From assembly GCA_946628965.1 (NCBI GenBank), contig CAMOXI010000004.1:2639-66638 (forward strand): DNA of 64,000 nucleotides. Reading direction: 5' to 3'. Positions within the stretch are counted from its first letter, which is position 1; every line of letters begins with the position of its first letter. Origin of the DNA: an uncultured Clostridia bacterium (GTDB lineage Bacteria; Bacillota; Clostridia; Oscillospirales; Oscillospiraceae). The notes beneath the pieces are model-generated. The model saw only the letters and a program-made list of their open reading frames with translations. It ran no database searches and was not told the origin of the DNA. This document shows positions 16,797 through 26,879 of the stretch, in pieces. The translations under genes were made by a program, and so were the position numbers.

Positions 16797-16949
16797 GTTT
16801 CCCCCCTGCCGAGAGAAGAATCAGGATTTCTGTCAAAACAGCGCAGCAAAACGCCTGTCAGCATCTTGCTGTTGAATAGGTATTATAGCAGATTGCAGGC
16901 CCTAAAAACAAGAGCTTTGCCGGATTCTGTACGGACAGTTAACAGCGCG

Positions 16950-16985
16950 CAGCAGAAAGCCCGGAGCGGTTTTACCGCTCCGGGC
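16950..16985 (-). terminator. Rho-independent terminator after the LysM gene
   Basis: Minus strand: GCCCGGAGCGG-TAAAA-CCGCTCCGGGC followed by TTTCTGCTG. Lies 20 nt after the stop at 17006. Confidence 0.7.
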
Positions 16986-17005
16986 CTGTTGGTATTGGTT
17001 TTTTC

Positions 17006-18358
17006 TCAGCCGGCGGGCTTGAAGGTCACCACGATGGAGACGGGGTAGGCGGGCATCACGAAGCTGTTGTTCGTAACGGCCACGCGGTCGGTGCCGCCGG
17101 TCTTGGTGACGGAGATGCTCTCCAGCGCGTAGCCATAGTCGGGGATGGGGACGACCGTGACGGTCTGGCCCTGGTTGGCGGTATTGACCACCTGGCCGCC
17201 GACCTGCAGCACATAGGTGCCGTTGGAGCTGGTGTGCAGGCTGTAGGCGCCGCTGCTGGACGGGGTCACGCTGCCGCCGCCCGTGGGCGTCACAGCGCCG
17301 CTGCCGCCGTTTGCGGGCGCCTCACCGTTGGCGATGGTGCCGGGGGCAGGCAGCGTCAGCACCTGGCCGACGTAGATCTTGCTGTAGTCCTTGATGTTGT
17401 TGATGTTGGTGATCCAGCCGTAGTTCTTATAGAAGTCGATGCCCAGGCTCTGGCAGACCTTGGCCACGGTGTCGCCGCTCTTCATCGTGTACTTGATGGT
17501 GGGGACCGTGCCAGCCGGGACCGTCGTGCCGGTGGTGCCGCCGGTGGTGGGCGTCACCGTTCCGGTGCCGGGTGTGACCGTGCCGGTACCGGGAACGACC
17601 GTGCCTGCCGCCGTGCTCTTGATGGGTACATAGAAGGTCTCGCCGACCTTGATGCTGGTCAGATCGTTCTTGTTGTTGAGAGCCTTGAGCATGTCGATGT
17701 TCTTGCCGTACTCGATGCCGTTGGCGGAGCAGATCGCCACCACCGTGTCGCCGCTGACGACCTTGTGGGCCACGATCTTGTAGTACTCGCCGGAAGCGGG
17801 GGCAGTGGTGCTGGGCAGCAGCAGGACCTGGCCGACCTTGAGATTCGTCCAGTTGGTGATGTTGTTGAGCTTGGAGATGGTGTTGGCATTGGCGTCAAAC
17901 TTGATGCCGTAGCTGTTGCAGACGCTGTAAACCGTCTCGCCGGACTTGAGAGTGTGGGCGATCAGGTAGTAGGCGACGGCGTCGCCCGTGGTCGCGGTGC
18001 CGGCAGCGGGGGCCACGACCGGAGACGTGGTGGTGCCGGTAACGACCGTCCCGGGGGCTGTGGTCGTCGTCGTGCCCGGAGCGGCCGCGGCAGTGGCAAT
18101 GGTGCCGGGGGCGGGCAGGATCAGCACCTTGCCGACCGGCAGGGCGGAATAGTTCGTGATGTTGTTCATCGAGGTGATCCAGGCGTAGTTCTTCACGAAA
18201 TCGATGCCCAGATCCTGGCAGACCTTGGCCACGGTATCGCCCGACTTGAGCGTGTAGGTAATGGTAGCGTCGTCCGCATAGGCGGTGACGCCCAGGCCGC
18301 CGGCCAGGGACACGACCAGCACCAGGCTCAGCAGAGCGGAAAGCACTCGTTTTTTCAT
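17006..18358 (-). CDS. Secreted protein with four LysM peptidoglycan-binding modules
   Basis: Signal peptide MKKRVLSALLSLVLVVSLAGGLGVTAYA. Four LysM repeats (YTLKSGDTVAKVCQDLGIDF, HTLKSGETVYSVCNSYGIKF, HKVVSGDTVVAICSANGIEY, YTMKSGDTVAKVCQSLGIDF) separated by Thr/Gly/Pro linkers. Confidence 0.85.
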   Translation of the reverse strand: MKKRVLSALLSLVLVVSLAGGLGVTAYADDATITYTLKSGDTVAKVCQDLGIDFVKNYAWITSMNNITNYSALPVGKVLILPAPGTIATAAAAPGTTTTTAPGTVVTGTTTSPVVAPAAGTATTGDAVAYYLIAHTLKSGETVYSVCNSYGIKFDANANTISKLNNITNWTNLKVGQVLLLPSTTAPASGEYYKIVAHKVVSGDTVVAICSANGIEYGKNIDMLKALNNKNDLTSIKVGETFYVPIKSTAAGTVVPGTGTVTPGTGTVTPTTGGTTGTTVPAGTVPTIKYTMKSGDTVAKVCQSLGIDFYKNYGWITNINNIKDYSKIYVGQVLTLPAPGTIANGEAPANGGSGAVTPTGGGSVTPSSSGAYSLHTSSNGTYVLQVGGQVVNTANQGQTVTVVPIPDYGYALESISVTKTGGTDRVAVTNNSFVMPAYPVSIVVTFKPAG

Positions 18359-18451
18359 ATTGTTCCTCCCATTCGGCCCATCCGGGCCGGATTCCGTCGC
18401 AGCGGGAAAAGTGACAGTCTTCCCCCGGCTTCGCGCATATTGGTATACATA

Positions 18452-18480
18452 ATTATAAAATGTCGGTTACCATAATGCAA
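18452..18480 (-). promoter_or_regulatory. Candidate sigma-A promoter of the LysM gene
   Basis: Minus strand: TTGCAT, 17 nt, TATAAT. Leaves a ~90-nt leader. Confidence 0.5.
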
Positions 18481-18490
18481 GAGGAAAAAT

Positions 18491-19780
18491 CTAAAAATCT
18501 TCTTTTTTAAGATTCGGCCGCTTTTTCTGCGCGCGGAGCATCTTGAAACGCTCCTCCGTGGCAAGCCGGGCCTTCGCCACCGGGACCTTCCCCTTCGGGA
18601 AGCAGTAGTACTGGGTCTCCCGGTCGCCGATGCAGATGATGTCCCCCAGTTCGTACCAGAAATAGTCGGCATAGAGGCTGTAGTTCTGGGCCGCGGGGCG
18701 CTCAAAATGCAGTTTTCCGTCACAGCCGTCCAGGGTGAAGCCGCCGCTGTCATGCCGCAGTCGGCCTTCGCCCACCAGGTAGATGGCCTTGAAATCCACC
18801 AGCATGCCGATCTCCACCGGCGTATCCAGCAGATAGCGGCCCTCCTCCAGCTCCTTCCTCACCTCCGCGCGCTCCCAGGCGTACCAGTCCGGCACATGGG
18901 TGAAGGCTGGCTCGCCCTCCAGTGCGCGCAGGAAGCCGTGGGTGTCCAGCTCATAGACCCGTCCGCAGGCATGGCACACAAGCTTCGTTCCCTTGCCCTC
19001 GGTCTCCCCTTCCGCGCCGCAGTGGGGGCACTTGTAGAGGATACGCTCCAGGCCGTCGGCCCGGAATTCCTCGTCGATCACGACGCCGTTTTCCTGCTGC
19101 CAGCGGAATCCGTCGAAGGTAAAGAGCTCGTCGAGCATGGCGTCCAGTTCGGCGTTCGTGTGCGCTTTGATCTCCTCAGGTGTCAGCAGACCCCGCACCA
19201 CGGCGCTGACGCTGACTTTCCGCTTCTGCAGACAGTTATAGAGCGGATCGCGGGAGAAGGCGCCCCGGGTAAAGATCCCCACCACGGGCACCTTGAGCCG
19301 CTTGAGCATGACGCCCATGCCGCGGGGCAGCGGCGTCGCCGTGCCGTCAAAGCTGTAGCTGGCCTCCGGGTAAAGAAGCACGCTGCAGTTTTTCTCGAAC
19401 GCGGCGGCCATGTCCGACACCAGAGAGAGGTCGGTGGCAAACTTGTTGGTCGGGATGCAGCCGATCTGCCGCATCAGCCATTCCTTGCCCACAAAGCCGT
19501 CCGAGGTGCAGACGATGCAGTAGGGCTTCGGGTACATCACGCGGGAAACGATCTCCAGATCGATGAAGCTGGAGTGGTTCATCAGGATGAGGTACGGCCC
19601 CTCCCCCAGCTCCTCCATGCGCTCGGTCGTGAAGCTGAACTGCGCGTCCTTCAGGTCGCCCGCTGCGGCCGCCCGCACCAGCGTGCGGAAGAAGAGATTC
19701 GGTCGGACGGGATCCCGATGCTCCGGCCGCGGCAGGGCCATCACCTGCTCATAGGGCATCGCTTTCGTTTTGATCTTCAT
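18491..19780 (-). CDS. Lysophospholipid (1-acyl-glycerol-3-phosphate-type) acyltransferase family protein
   Basis: ORF trimmed to the ATG at 19780 (MKIKTKAMPYEQ), after the stop of the upstream gene. HX4D motif NHSSFID. CPHC..CHAC zinc-ribbon-like segment. Confidence 0.8.
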   Translation of the reverse strand: MKIKTKAMPYEQVMALPRPEHRDPVRPNLFFRTLVRAAAAGDLKDAQFSFTTERMEELGEGPYLILMNHSSFIDLEIVSRVMYPKPYCIVCTSDGFVGKEWLMRQIGCIPTNKFATDLSLVSDMAAAFEKNCSVLLYPEASYSFDGTATPLPRGMGVMLKRLKVPVVGIFTRGAFSRDPLYNCLQKRKVSVSAVVRGLLTPEEIKAHTNAELDAMLDELFTFDGFRWQQENGVVIDEEFRADGLERILYKCPHCGAEGETEGKGTKLVCHACGRVYELDTHGFLRALEGEPAFTHVPDWYAWERAEVRKELEEGRYLLDTPVEIGMLVDFKAIYLVGEGRLRHDSGGFTLDGCDGKLHFERPAAQNYSLYADYFWYELGDIICIGDRETQYYCFPKGKVPVAKARLATEERFKMLRAQKKRPNLKKEDF

Positions 19781-19811
19781 AAGCGTTCTCCCGGGCATGC
19801 AGCCCTCTGTC

Positions 19812-20450
19812 TCAGCCCTGCGCCTCCGCGATGGCGGCATCCAGGGCAGGGGTATAGCCGTCCACATACGCGCCGACGATCGGCTCGCCGATCACATGGC
19901 CCTGGCTGTCGATGAAAAAGCTGGTGGGAATGGCCGAGACCGGGAAGAGATCATAGACCCCGTCCCAGGGCAGCAGGATCGTGTAGCTCGCGCCGGCCTC
20001 CTGCAGTCTCGCCTTGCCGTCGGCCAGGCCCTGCTCCTCGTCACCATCCAGCAGGAGGCCCACGATGGCGCAGTTTTTCTCTGCAAATTCCCCGTTCAGC
20101 CGCTGCAGCTCCGGCAGCTCCCGCACACAGGGAGGGCACCAGCTGGCCCAGACGTTGACCATCGTCATCGTATGGGAGGAGAAGAGTTCCTCCGCCGTGA
20201 CCGGATTGCCCTCCAGATCCATGGTCTCGAACACGACGCCGTCCCAGGCCGCGGCGCTCTCCTCCGCAGGTTCCTCTGCAGGCGCAGGCGCCTCTGCGGG
20301 CGTAGGTTCTTCGGCTGCGGCGGCTTCCGCTGCCGGGGCGGCAGTATTCTCGGGTGCACCGTTCACCGCCGCGGGGCCTGTCGCTCCGCAGGCCGTGAGC
20401 AGCAATGCCGCCAGCAGAAGTATGGGCAGGAAAAGGTGTCTCTTTTTCAT
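19812..20450 (-). CDS. TlpA/ResA-like thiol-disulfide oxidoreductase lipoprotein
   Basis: ATG 20450 (MKKRHLFLPILLLAALLLTAC-G lipobox). Ala/Glu/Pro linker. Thioredoxin motif WASWCPPC. Confidence 0.85.
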   Translation of the reverse strand: MKKRHLFLPILLLAALLLTACGATGPAAVNGAPENTAAPAAEAAAAEEPTPAEAPAPAEEPAEESAAAWDGVVFETMDLEGNPVTAEELFSSHTMTMVNVWASWCPPCVRELPELQRLNGEFAEKNCAIVGLLLDGDEEQGLADGKARLQEAGASYTILLPWDGVYDLFPVSAIPTSFFIDSQGHVIGEPIVGAYVDGYTPALDAAIAEAQG

Positions 20451-20546
20451 TTGATGCCGTCTCCTTTTGATTGCAATTTGATAACCATTATGTATCATCA
20501 TAACACAGCTGTGACGCCGATGCCACCGTTATTGTTCCGTCGGTTC

Positions 20547-23057
20547 TCAGGACAGCTCCCGCCGCAGATAGCGGCCGGTCACGCTCTCGGGATTTGCCGC
20601 GATCTCCTCCGGCGTGCCGGCAGCGACGATGGTCCCGCCCTTTTCGCCGCCGCCCGGCCCCATGTCGATCACATAGTCTGCGTTGGCGATCAGATCCAGA
20701 TCGTGCTCGATGACGATCACGGTGGCCCCGGCCTTCACCAGCCGGTCGAAGACCCCCAGCAGCACCTGCACGTCCAGCGGATGCAGGCCGATGGTGGGCT
20801 CGTCAAAGACAAAGACCGAGTCCTCCTGGCTTCTGCCCATCTCGGAGGCGAGCTTGAGCCGCTGGGCTTCGCCCCCGGAGAGAGCGGGCGTATCCTCGCC
20901 CAGGGTCAGATAGCCGAGGCCGAGCTCGTTCAGCACTCTGAGCTTTTCAAAGACCTTCTTCTGTCCCGCAAATACCGCCATCGCATCGCTCACGGTCATG
21001 GCCATCAGTTCCGGGAGGGTATAGGCGCGTTCGCTGTTTTTCGGATGCCAGAGGAGCTTTGCCGCATCGCTGCCGTAGCGCCCGCCGCGGCAGTCCGGGC
21101 AGGTGATGGTCACATCCGGCAGAAACTGCACGTCCAGCGAGATCTGCCCCGTCCCGTCGCAGGTGGGGCAGCGCAGGGAGCCGGTGTTGTAGGAGAAAGC
21201 CCCGGCGCCGAGTTTCTTTGCTCTGGCCTCCGGCGTCGCGGCATAGAGCTTCCGCAGCTCATCCAGCACGCCGCTGTAAGTGGCCACGGTGGAGCGGATG
21301 TTGATGCCGATGGGCGTGGCGTCGATGAGATTTGCCCGCACGATGCCATCGCAGGAGATGCTTTTCACATGGGCGGGCAGCTTCTCCCCGGCGGCCGCTG
21401 CGTTCACGGCGGGGATCAGGCTCTCCAGCACCATGGTGGTCTTGCCGGAGCCGGAGACGCCTGTCACAGCCGTCAGGCGGCCCCGCGGGATCTCCGCCTC
21501 CAATGCGTGCACGGTGTGGATCGGCGCGGTCTCCAGGCGGATCCTGCCTTTGGTGAAAAGCTCATCTTTCCCGGAGCGCACCCGTGTGCGCACCTTTTCC
21601 TCGCCGCTCAGAAAGCCCGCGATCTTCGAGCCGGGCGTCTGCACGATCTCCGCGATCGTGCCCTGGGCGATGACGGTGCCGCCGCCGCTGCCGGCGCCAG
21701 GCCCCATCTCGATCATGTGGTCGGCCCTGCGGAGCACGTGCACGTCGTGATCCACCAGCACCACGGAGTTGCCGTCAGCGATCAGGCTGTCCACCACCGC
21801 CATCAGTCCCTCCACGTTGGAGGGGTGCAGGCCGATGCTGGGCTCGTCCAGCACATAGAGGACGCCCGTGGTCTCATTGCGTACAGACCGGGCCAGCTGG
21901 ACACGCTGCCGCTCTCCGGTTGAGAGGGTGCTGCTCGCCCGGTCCAGGGACAGATAGCCCAGGCCCAGATCCATGAGCCGCTTCGCGTTATCCAGGAAAG
22001 AACGTAGGATGCTCTCCGCCATGGGGCGCATGGGCTCGGGCAGCGTTTCCGGCACTTCCCCGACCCAGACGATCAGCTCGTCCAGGGTCATGGCCGTGGC
22101 CTCGGCAAGGTTTTTGCCGTGCAGCCTGCTCTGCCGCACCTTCGCGCTCAGGCGGGTACCGCCGCAGTCCGGGCAGGGGCACTCGCTGAGAAACTTCTCC
22201 ACCCGCTTCATGCCCTTCTCGTCCTTGACCTTGTTAAGGGCGTTTTCCACGGTGTGCACGGCGCTGTAATAGGTAAAGTCCATCTCCGTGGCGATGTTGC
22301 TTTTTTCGTTGACATAGAAGATATGCCGCTTCTCCGCCGGGCCGTGCAGGACGATCTCCCGCTCCCGCGGCGTCAGCTCCCGGAAGGGCACGTCGGTGCG
22401 CACGCCCATGTCCCGGGCGAGGTCTTTCATCAGCGACCACATCAGGCTCTGCCAGGGGGCGACGGCCCCCTCGTCGATCGTGAGCGACTCGTCCGGCACA
22501 AGGGTGCTCTCATCCACGGAGCGCACGGTGCCGGTGCCGCCGCAGGTGGGACAGGCGCCGTCGGAATTGAAGGCCATGGCCTCCGCGCCGGGGCCGTAAA
22601 ACTCCTCCCCGCAGACGGGGCAGCGGGTGGGCAGCATCAGGGCCACGTCCATGCTCGGCGGGCAAGGATGCCCGTTCGGGCAGCAGTGGCTCCCCAGGCG
22701 GGAGAACATGAGGCGGAGACTGTTTAATAGTTCCGAGGCCGTGCCGAAGGTGCTGCGCACGCCGGGGACGCCCGGCCGCTGGTGCAGCGCCAGGGCGGCG
22801 GGCACATGCTTTGCCCCGTCCACGTCCGCCCGGCCGGCCTGGCTGATGCGGCGGCGGGTATAGGTGGAGAGGGCCTCCAGATAGCGGCGTGAGCCCTCGG
22901 CATACAGGGTGCCCAGGGCCAGGGAGGACTTGCCGGAACCGGAGACGCCCGCGATGGCCACGAGCTGCCCCAGCGGGATGTCCACATCGATATTTTTCAG
23001 ATTGTGCACCCGGGCGCCGCGGATCTCCATGGTCTCGGGCGCGGTTTTCTTTGTCAT
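20547..23057 (-). CDS. UvrA-like ABC ATPase paralogue lacking the UvrB-binding insert
   Basis: 836 aa. N-terminus IRGARVHNLKNIDVDIPLGQLVAIAGVSGSGKSSLA and a second Walker A GVSGSGKTT. Only ~20 residues separate the first zinc-module Cys pairs (CCPNGH...CPVCG), where canonical UvrA carries a >100-aa insert. Confidence 0.85.
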   Translation of the reverse strand: MTKKTAPETMEIRGARVHNLKNIDVDIPLGQLVAIAGVSGSGKSSLALGTLYAEGSRRYLEALSTYTRRRISQAGRADVDGAKHVPAALALHQRPGVPGVRSTFGTASELLNSLRLMFSRLGSHCCPNGHPCPPSMDVALMLPTRCPVCGEEFYGPGAEAMAFNSDGACPTCGGTGTVRSVDESTLVPDESLTIDEGAVAPWQSLMWSLMKDLARDMGVRTDVPFRELTPREREIVLHGPAEKRHIFYVNEKSNIATEMDFTYYSAVHTVENALNKVKDEKGMKRVEKFLSECPCPDCGGTRLSAKVRQSRLHGKNLAEATAMTLDELIVWVGEVPETLPEPMRPMAESILRSFLDNAKRLMDLGLGYLSLDRASSTLSTGERQRVQLARSVRNETTGVLYVLDEPSIGLHPSNVEGLMAVVDSLIADGNSVVLVDHDVHVLRRADHMIEMGPGAGSGGGTVIAQGTIAEIVQTPGSKIAGFLSGEEKVRTRVRSGKDELFTKGRIRLETAPIHTVHALEAEIPRGRLTAVTGVSGSGKTTMVLESLIPAVNAAAAGEKLPAHVKSISCDGIVRANLIDATPIGINIRSTVATYSGVLDELRKLYAATPEARAKKLGAGAFSYNTGSLRCPTCDGTGQISLDVQFLPDVTITCPDCRGGRYGSDAAKLLWHPKNSERAYTLPELMAMTVSDAMAVFAGQKKVFEKLRVLNELGLGYLTLGEDTPALSGGEAQRLKLASEMGRSQEDSVFVFDEPTIGLHPLDVQVLLGVFDRLVKAGATVIVIEHDLDLIANADYVIDMGPGGGEKGGTIVAAGTPEEIAANPESVTGRYLRRELS

Positions 23058-23288
23058 AAGCGCTCTCCTGCATGAGAAAGGATTTGAGATGCTCTGAGTA
23101 TAGCACGAATCCCGCTCCCTGCGAAGGGGTTAAACGGCTTATTTCACCCGAATCCGAAAAATCCCTTGCGCCGGGAAAGCGGAATATGATAAGGTAGGAA
23201 AACAGACGGCATTCTGTTCGGAACACACCGTGCTTTCCGGATTTCCGCGGTGCTTCGCCGCGATAAACAGCCTGAATCGGAGACCTGT

Positions 23289-25052
23289 ATGAAACTGATC
23301 TTTCGCGAGCTTGGCCGGTATCGGCGCGGGGTCGCCCTGTCCATCCTGGTCAAACTCCTCGGCACCATGGCGGAGCTGACGCTCCCCTACATACTGGAGC
23401 ACATCATCGACGATATCGTCCCCCTGGGGCAGATGCGCGGCGTGATCCTCTGGGGCCTCGGCATGTTCGCCGCAGCCATCCTCTGCCGGCAGCTCAACGT
23501 GACCGCCAACCGCATGGCTATTGTGAACGCTCACAAAATCAGCTACGACGTGCGGCAGGAGCTCTTTCGCAAAACCGCGAATCTCAGCGGCAGCCAGTTT
23601 GACGCCTTCGGCCTGCCGAGCCTCATCTCCCGCATGACCAGCGACAGCTACAACGTCCAGTCCGCCGTGCAGCAGTTCCAGACCCTGTGCGTGCGCGCGC
23701 CGATCATGCTCTTCGGCGGGACACTGGTCGCGCTGCTGATGGACTGGCATCTGGCGATGATCCTGCTGGTGATGATCCCCTTCCTGCTGGGGGTCGTGCT
23801 CTTTGTCTCCTCCCGGGGCATCCCGCTCTACGCCGGGGTGCAGCAGAAGCTGGACGCCGTGGTGCGCATCATGCGGGAGAATATCACCGGCATCCGGGTG
23901 GTCAAGGCCCTGAGCAAGGAGAACTACGAGCGCGGCCGCTTCGGCGCGGCCAATGCCGCCATGGCCGACCAGGACATCCGCGCCTCCACCGTCATGGCCA
24001 TCCCCGGGCCCTTCATGCAGCTCTGCCTGAACACGGGGCTGACGCTGGTGGTCTTCTTCGGCGCAAAGCGCGTCGACGCGGGCGTGACGCAGCCCGGTGT
24101 GATCCTCGCTTTTCTTACCTATTTCAATATGATCGCCATGGGCGTCATGGGCTTAAACCGCATCTTTATGACCATGAGCCGGGCCAGCGCCAGCGCCGAC
24201 CGCATCGACGCCGTGCTGCAGGCGGACACCGATCAGGCCCTCCTGCCGGAGGAGGATGCCGCCGTGCCCCAGGGGGATGAATTCATCCGCTTCGAGCACG
24301 TGAGCTTCCGCTACGGTGAGGACAGCGTGGGCCACGACCGTTCCGGCTTTGTGGGCGGCAAGCGGGAGCAGGCGCTGGAGGATATCTCCTTTGCCATCCG
24401 CCGTGGTGAGAGTCTGGGCATCATCGGCCCCACCGGCTGCGGCAAGAGCACGATCATCAATCTGCTCATGCGCTTTTACGACCCCAAAGAGGGCGCCGTC
24501 TTTGTGGACGGGAAGGATCTGCGCTGCTGCGACCGGGACAGCCTGCGCCGCAGATTCGGCACTGTGTTCCAGAACGACATGATCTTCAAGGACACGCTGC
24601 GGGAGAACATCGACTTCGGCCGCACTCTCAGCGAAACCGCCCTGCGGCAGGCCGTGGAGGACGCCATGGCCGCCGAATTTATCGACAGCCTGGACGAGGG
24701 GCTCGATTACGCCGCCGCCATCAAGGGGGCAAACCTCTCCGGCGGGCAGCGGCAGCGCATCCTCGTGGCGCGGGCCCTCGCCGCCGCGCCGGAGATCCTG
24801 GTGCTGGACGACAGCTCCAGCGCCCTGGACTACAAGACCGACGCCGCCATGCGCCGCGCCATCCGGGAGCACTACCCGGACGCCACGCTCATCATGATCG
24901 CCCAGCGCGTCTCGAGCGTGATGGGCATGACGAAGATCCTCGTCATGGACAACGGCCGCTGCATCGGCTACGGCAGCCACGAGGAGCTGCTGCAGAGCTG
25001 TGAAGCCTATCGGGAGATCTACCGGATCCAGATGGGCGAAATGACAGAATAG
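23289..25052 (+). CDS. ABC exporter, fused TMD-NBD half transporter (degenerate-site subunit)
   Basis: ATG 23289 (MKLIFRELGRY). Six-TM domain, Walker A GPTGCGKST, signature LSGGQRQR. Walker B is ILVLDDSSSALD, i.e. Asp in place of the catalytic Glu. Confidence 0.9.
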   Translation: MKLIFRELGRYRRGVALSILVKLLGTMAELTLPYILEHIIDDIVPLGQMRGVILWGLGMFAAAILCRQLNVTANRMAIVNAHKISYDVRQELFRKTANLSGSQFDAFGLPSLISRMTSDSYNVQSAVQQFQTLCVRAPIMLFGGTLVALLMDWHLAMILLVMIPFLLGVVLFVSSRGIPLYAGVQQKLDAVVRIMRENITGIRVVKALSKENYERGRFGAANAAMADQDIRASTVMAIPGPFMQLCLNTGLTLVVFFGAKRVDAGVTQPGVILAFLTYFNMIAMGVMGLNRIFMTMSRASASADRIDAVLQADTDQALLPEEDAAVPQGDEFIRFEHVSFRYGEDSVGHDRSGFVGGKREQALEDISFAIRRGESLGIIGPTGCGKSTIINLLMRFYDPKEGAVFVDGKDLRCCDRDSLRRRFGTVFQNDMIFKDTLRENIDFGRTLSETALRQAVEDAMAAEFIDSLDEGLDYAAAIKGANLSGGQRQRILVARALAAAPEILVLDDSSSALDYKTDAAMRRAIREHYPDATLIMIAQRVSSVMGMTKILVMDNGRCIGYGSHEELLQSCEAYREIYRIQMGEMTE

Positions 25053-25068
25053 AGAGGAGGGACAGCCT

Positions 25069-26847
25069 GTGCCGGGACCCGGTGACCGGGGCGGCGTCAA
25101 AGCCAAACCGAAAGACACCCGCGGCGCGCTGCGCCGCATCATCCGCTATCTGATGGCCTACCGCTATCTGGTGCTGTTCTTCCTCGTCTGCGCCTTTTTG
25201 AGCAACATCGGAAACCTCATGGGCCCCCGTTTCGCGGGCAAGGCCATCGGCGCTGCCGCCGCCGGGGCGGGAAAGGTGGACTTTGCCGCGGTGGGGCGCT
25301 ACGCCCTGCTGATGCTCATCGCCTATGTGGGCAGCAACGTCATGAACTTCCTGGTGAATTTCGGCATGATGCGCGTCGGCCGCCGGGTGGCGCAGAATAT
25401 GCGCCGGGACGTATTCGACAAGCTGATGAAACTGCCGGTGGGCTATTTTGACCGCAACCAGGCGGGCGATATCATCAGCCGCGTCTCCTACGACATCGAT
25501 GTGGTCAGCACTTCCCTCTCCAGCGACGTGATTCAGATCCTCACCAGCACCGTGACCGTGGCGGGCAGCTTTGCCATGATGTGCATCATCTCGCCGCCGC
25601 TGGTGCTGTGCATGCTCTTCACGATCCCCGCCTCCATCCTCTTCACCCGCCACATGAGCAAAAAGACCCGCCCCCGCTACGCCCGCCGCAGCGCCGCCTA
25701 CGGCGAGATGAACGGCTTCGCCGAGGAGATGTTCACCGGGCAGAAGACCGTGCTGGCCTACGCCCACGAGGACGCCGTGTGTGAGCAGTTTTCCGCCATC
25801 AACCGCGCGGCCGCGGAGGCCTACCGGGACGCGGACGGCCTGGGCATGACCATGGGGCCGACCATCGGCATGATCAACAACTTCGGTCTGGCCGCCATCG
25901 GCATGGGCGGCGCCGCCCTGTATCTGCTGAACATCGTGGGGCTGGAGCAGATCTCCAGCTTTATCCTCTACAGCCGCAAGTTCTCCGGTCCCATCAACGA
26001 GATCTCCAACATCATAAACGAGATCTTCTCCGCCCTGGCCGCGGCCGAGCGCGTCTTCCAGCTGCTGGATCAGCCGGAGGAGATCGCCGACCTCTACGGC
26101 GCCGAGACCCTCGCGGACTGCAAAGGCCATGTGCAGGCCGAGGGCCTGGACTTCGGCTATCTCCCCGGCAAGACCGTGCTGCACGACCTGAATCTGGAGG
26201 CCAGGCCCGGTGAGACCATTGCCATCGTCGGCCCCACCGGCGCAGGCAAGACCACGATCATCAACCTGCTCATGCGCTTCTACGATCCGGAGCGGGGAGC
26301 CGTGCTGGTGGACGAGAAGGACATCCGGGAATACACCCGGGAGAGCCTGCGCCGCAGCTACGCGATGGTGCTGCAGGACACCTGGCTCTTCCGCGGCACG
26401 ATCTATGACAACATCGCCTACGGCAAGGAAAACGCCACGATGGACGAGGTAGTGGCCGCGGCCAAGGCCGCGCGCATCCACAACTACATCATGCGCCTGC
26501 CCGAGGGCTACAACACCGTCATCAGCGAGGACGGCGGCAACATCTCCAAGGGGCAGAAGCAGCTGCTGACCATCGCCCGGGCCATGCTCTACAACAACAA
26601 TATGCTGATCCTGGACGAGGCCACCAGCAACGTGGACACCGCCACCGAGCGCCAGGTGCAGAAGGCCATCCGTTCCCTGATGAAGGGCCGCACCTGCTTT
26701 GTGATCGCCCACCGTCTCTCCACGATCCAGAACGCCGACCGCATCCTGGTCATCGACCACGGCGACGTGGTGGAGCAGGGCAGCCACGAGAGCCTGATGG
26801 CCCGGAAGGGCTTTTACTACAAGCTCTACGCCAGCCAGTTTTCCTGA
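25069..26847 (+). CDS. ABC exporter, fused TMD-NBD half transporter (consensus-site subunit)
   Basis: GTG 25069, 7 nt after GAGAGGAGGG. Walker A GPTGAGKTT and Walker B ILDEATSNVD. The signature is degenerate: ISKGQKQL instead of LSGGQ. Confidence 0.9.
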   Translation: MPGPGDRGGVKAKPKDTRGALRRIIRYLMAYRYLVLFFLVCAFLSNIGNLMGPRFAGKAIGAAAAGAGKVDFAAVGRYALLMLIAYVGSNVMNFLVNFGMMRVGRRVAQNMRRDVFDKLMKLPVGYFDRNQAGDIISRVSYDIDVVSTSLSSDVIQILTSTVTVAGSFAMMCIISPPLVLCMLFTIPASILFTRHMSKKTRPRYARRSAAYGEMNGFAEEMFTGQKTVLAYAHEDAVCEQFSAINRAAAEAYRDADGLGMTMGPTIGMINNFGLAAIGMGGAALYLLNIVGLEQISSFILYSRKFSGPINEISNIINEIFSALAAAERVFQLLDQPEEIADLYGAETLADCKGHVQAEGLDFGYLPGKTVLHDLNLEARPGETIAIVGPTGAGKTTIINLLMRFYDPERGAVLVDEKDIREYTRESLRRSYAMVLQDTWLFRGTIYDNIAYGKENATMDEVVAAAKAARIHNYIMRLPEGYNTVISEDGGNISKGQKQLLTIARAMLYNNNMLILDEATSNVDTATERQVQKAIRSLMKGRTCFVIAHRLSTIQNADRILVIDHGDVVEQGSHESLMARKGFYYKLYASQFS

Positions 26848-26879
26848 AACAATCTGTCAAAATAAGAGGAGGTACTGAT

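Noticed and set aside
15153-17048. 631-aa plus-strand ORF and 436-aa alternative minus frame (15526..16836) over the DUF1538 gene
   Set aside because: The DUF1538 frame shows a duplicated membrane-domain architecture and correct operon junctions. The alternatives are charged, low-complexity (His/Arg/Gln/Asp) translations.
18359-18451. ~90-nt leader of the LysM gene considered as a cyclic-di-AMP (ydaO-type) or other riboswitch
   Set aside because: I could not find the conserved ydaO core motifs or a convincing expression-platform terminator by eye. An Rfam scan would be needed, so it is not reported as a feature.
19770-21923. 717-aa plus-strand ORF opposite the thioredoxin and UvrA-like genes
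   Set aside because: It is antisense to genes with CPPC and double Walker A motifs, and has no motifs of its own.
24943-26787. 614-aa minus-strand ORF opposite the second ABC exporter gene
   Set aside because: It is antisense to a complete TMD-NBD gene. The translation is Gly/Ala/Val/Asp/His-rich.
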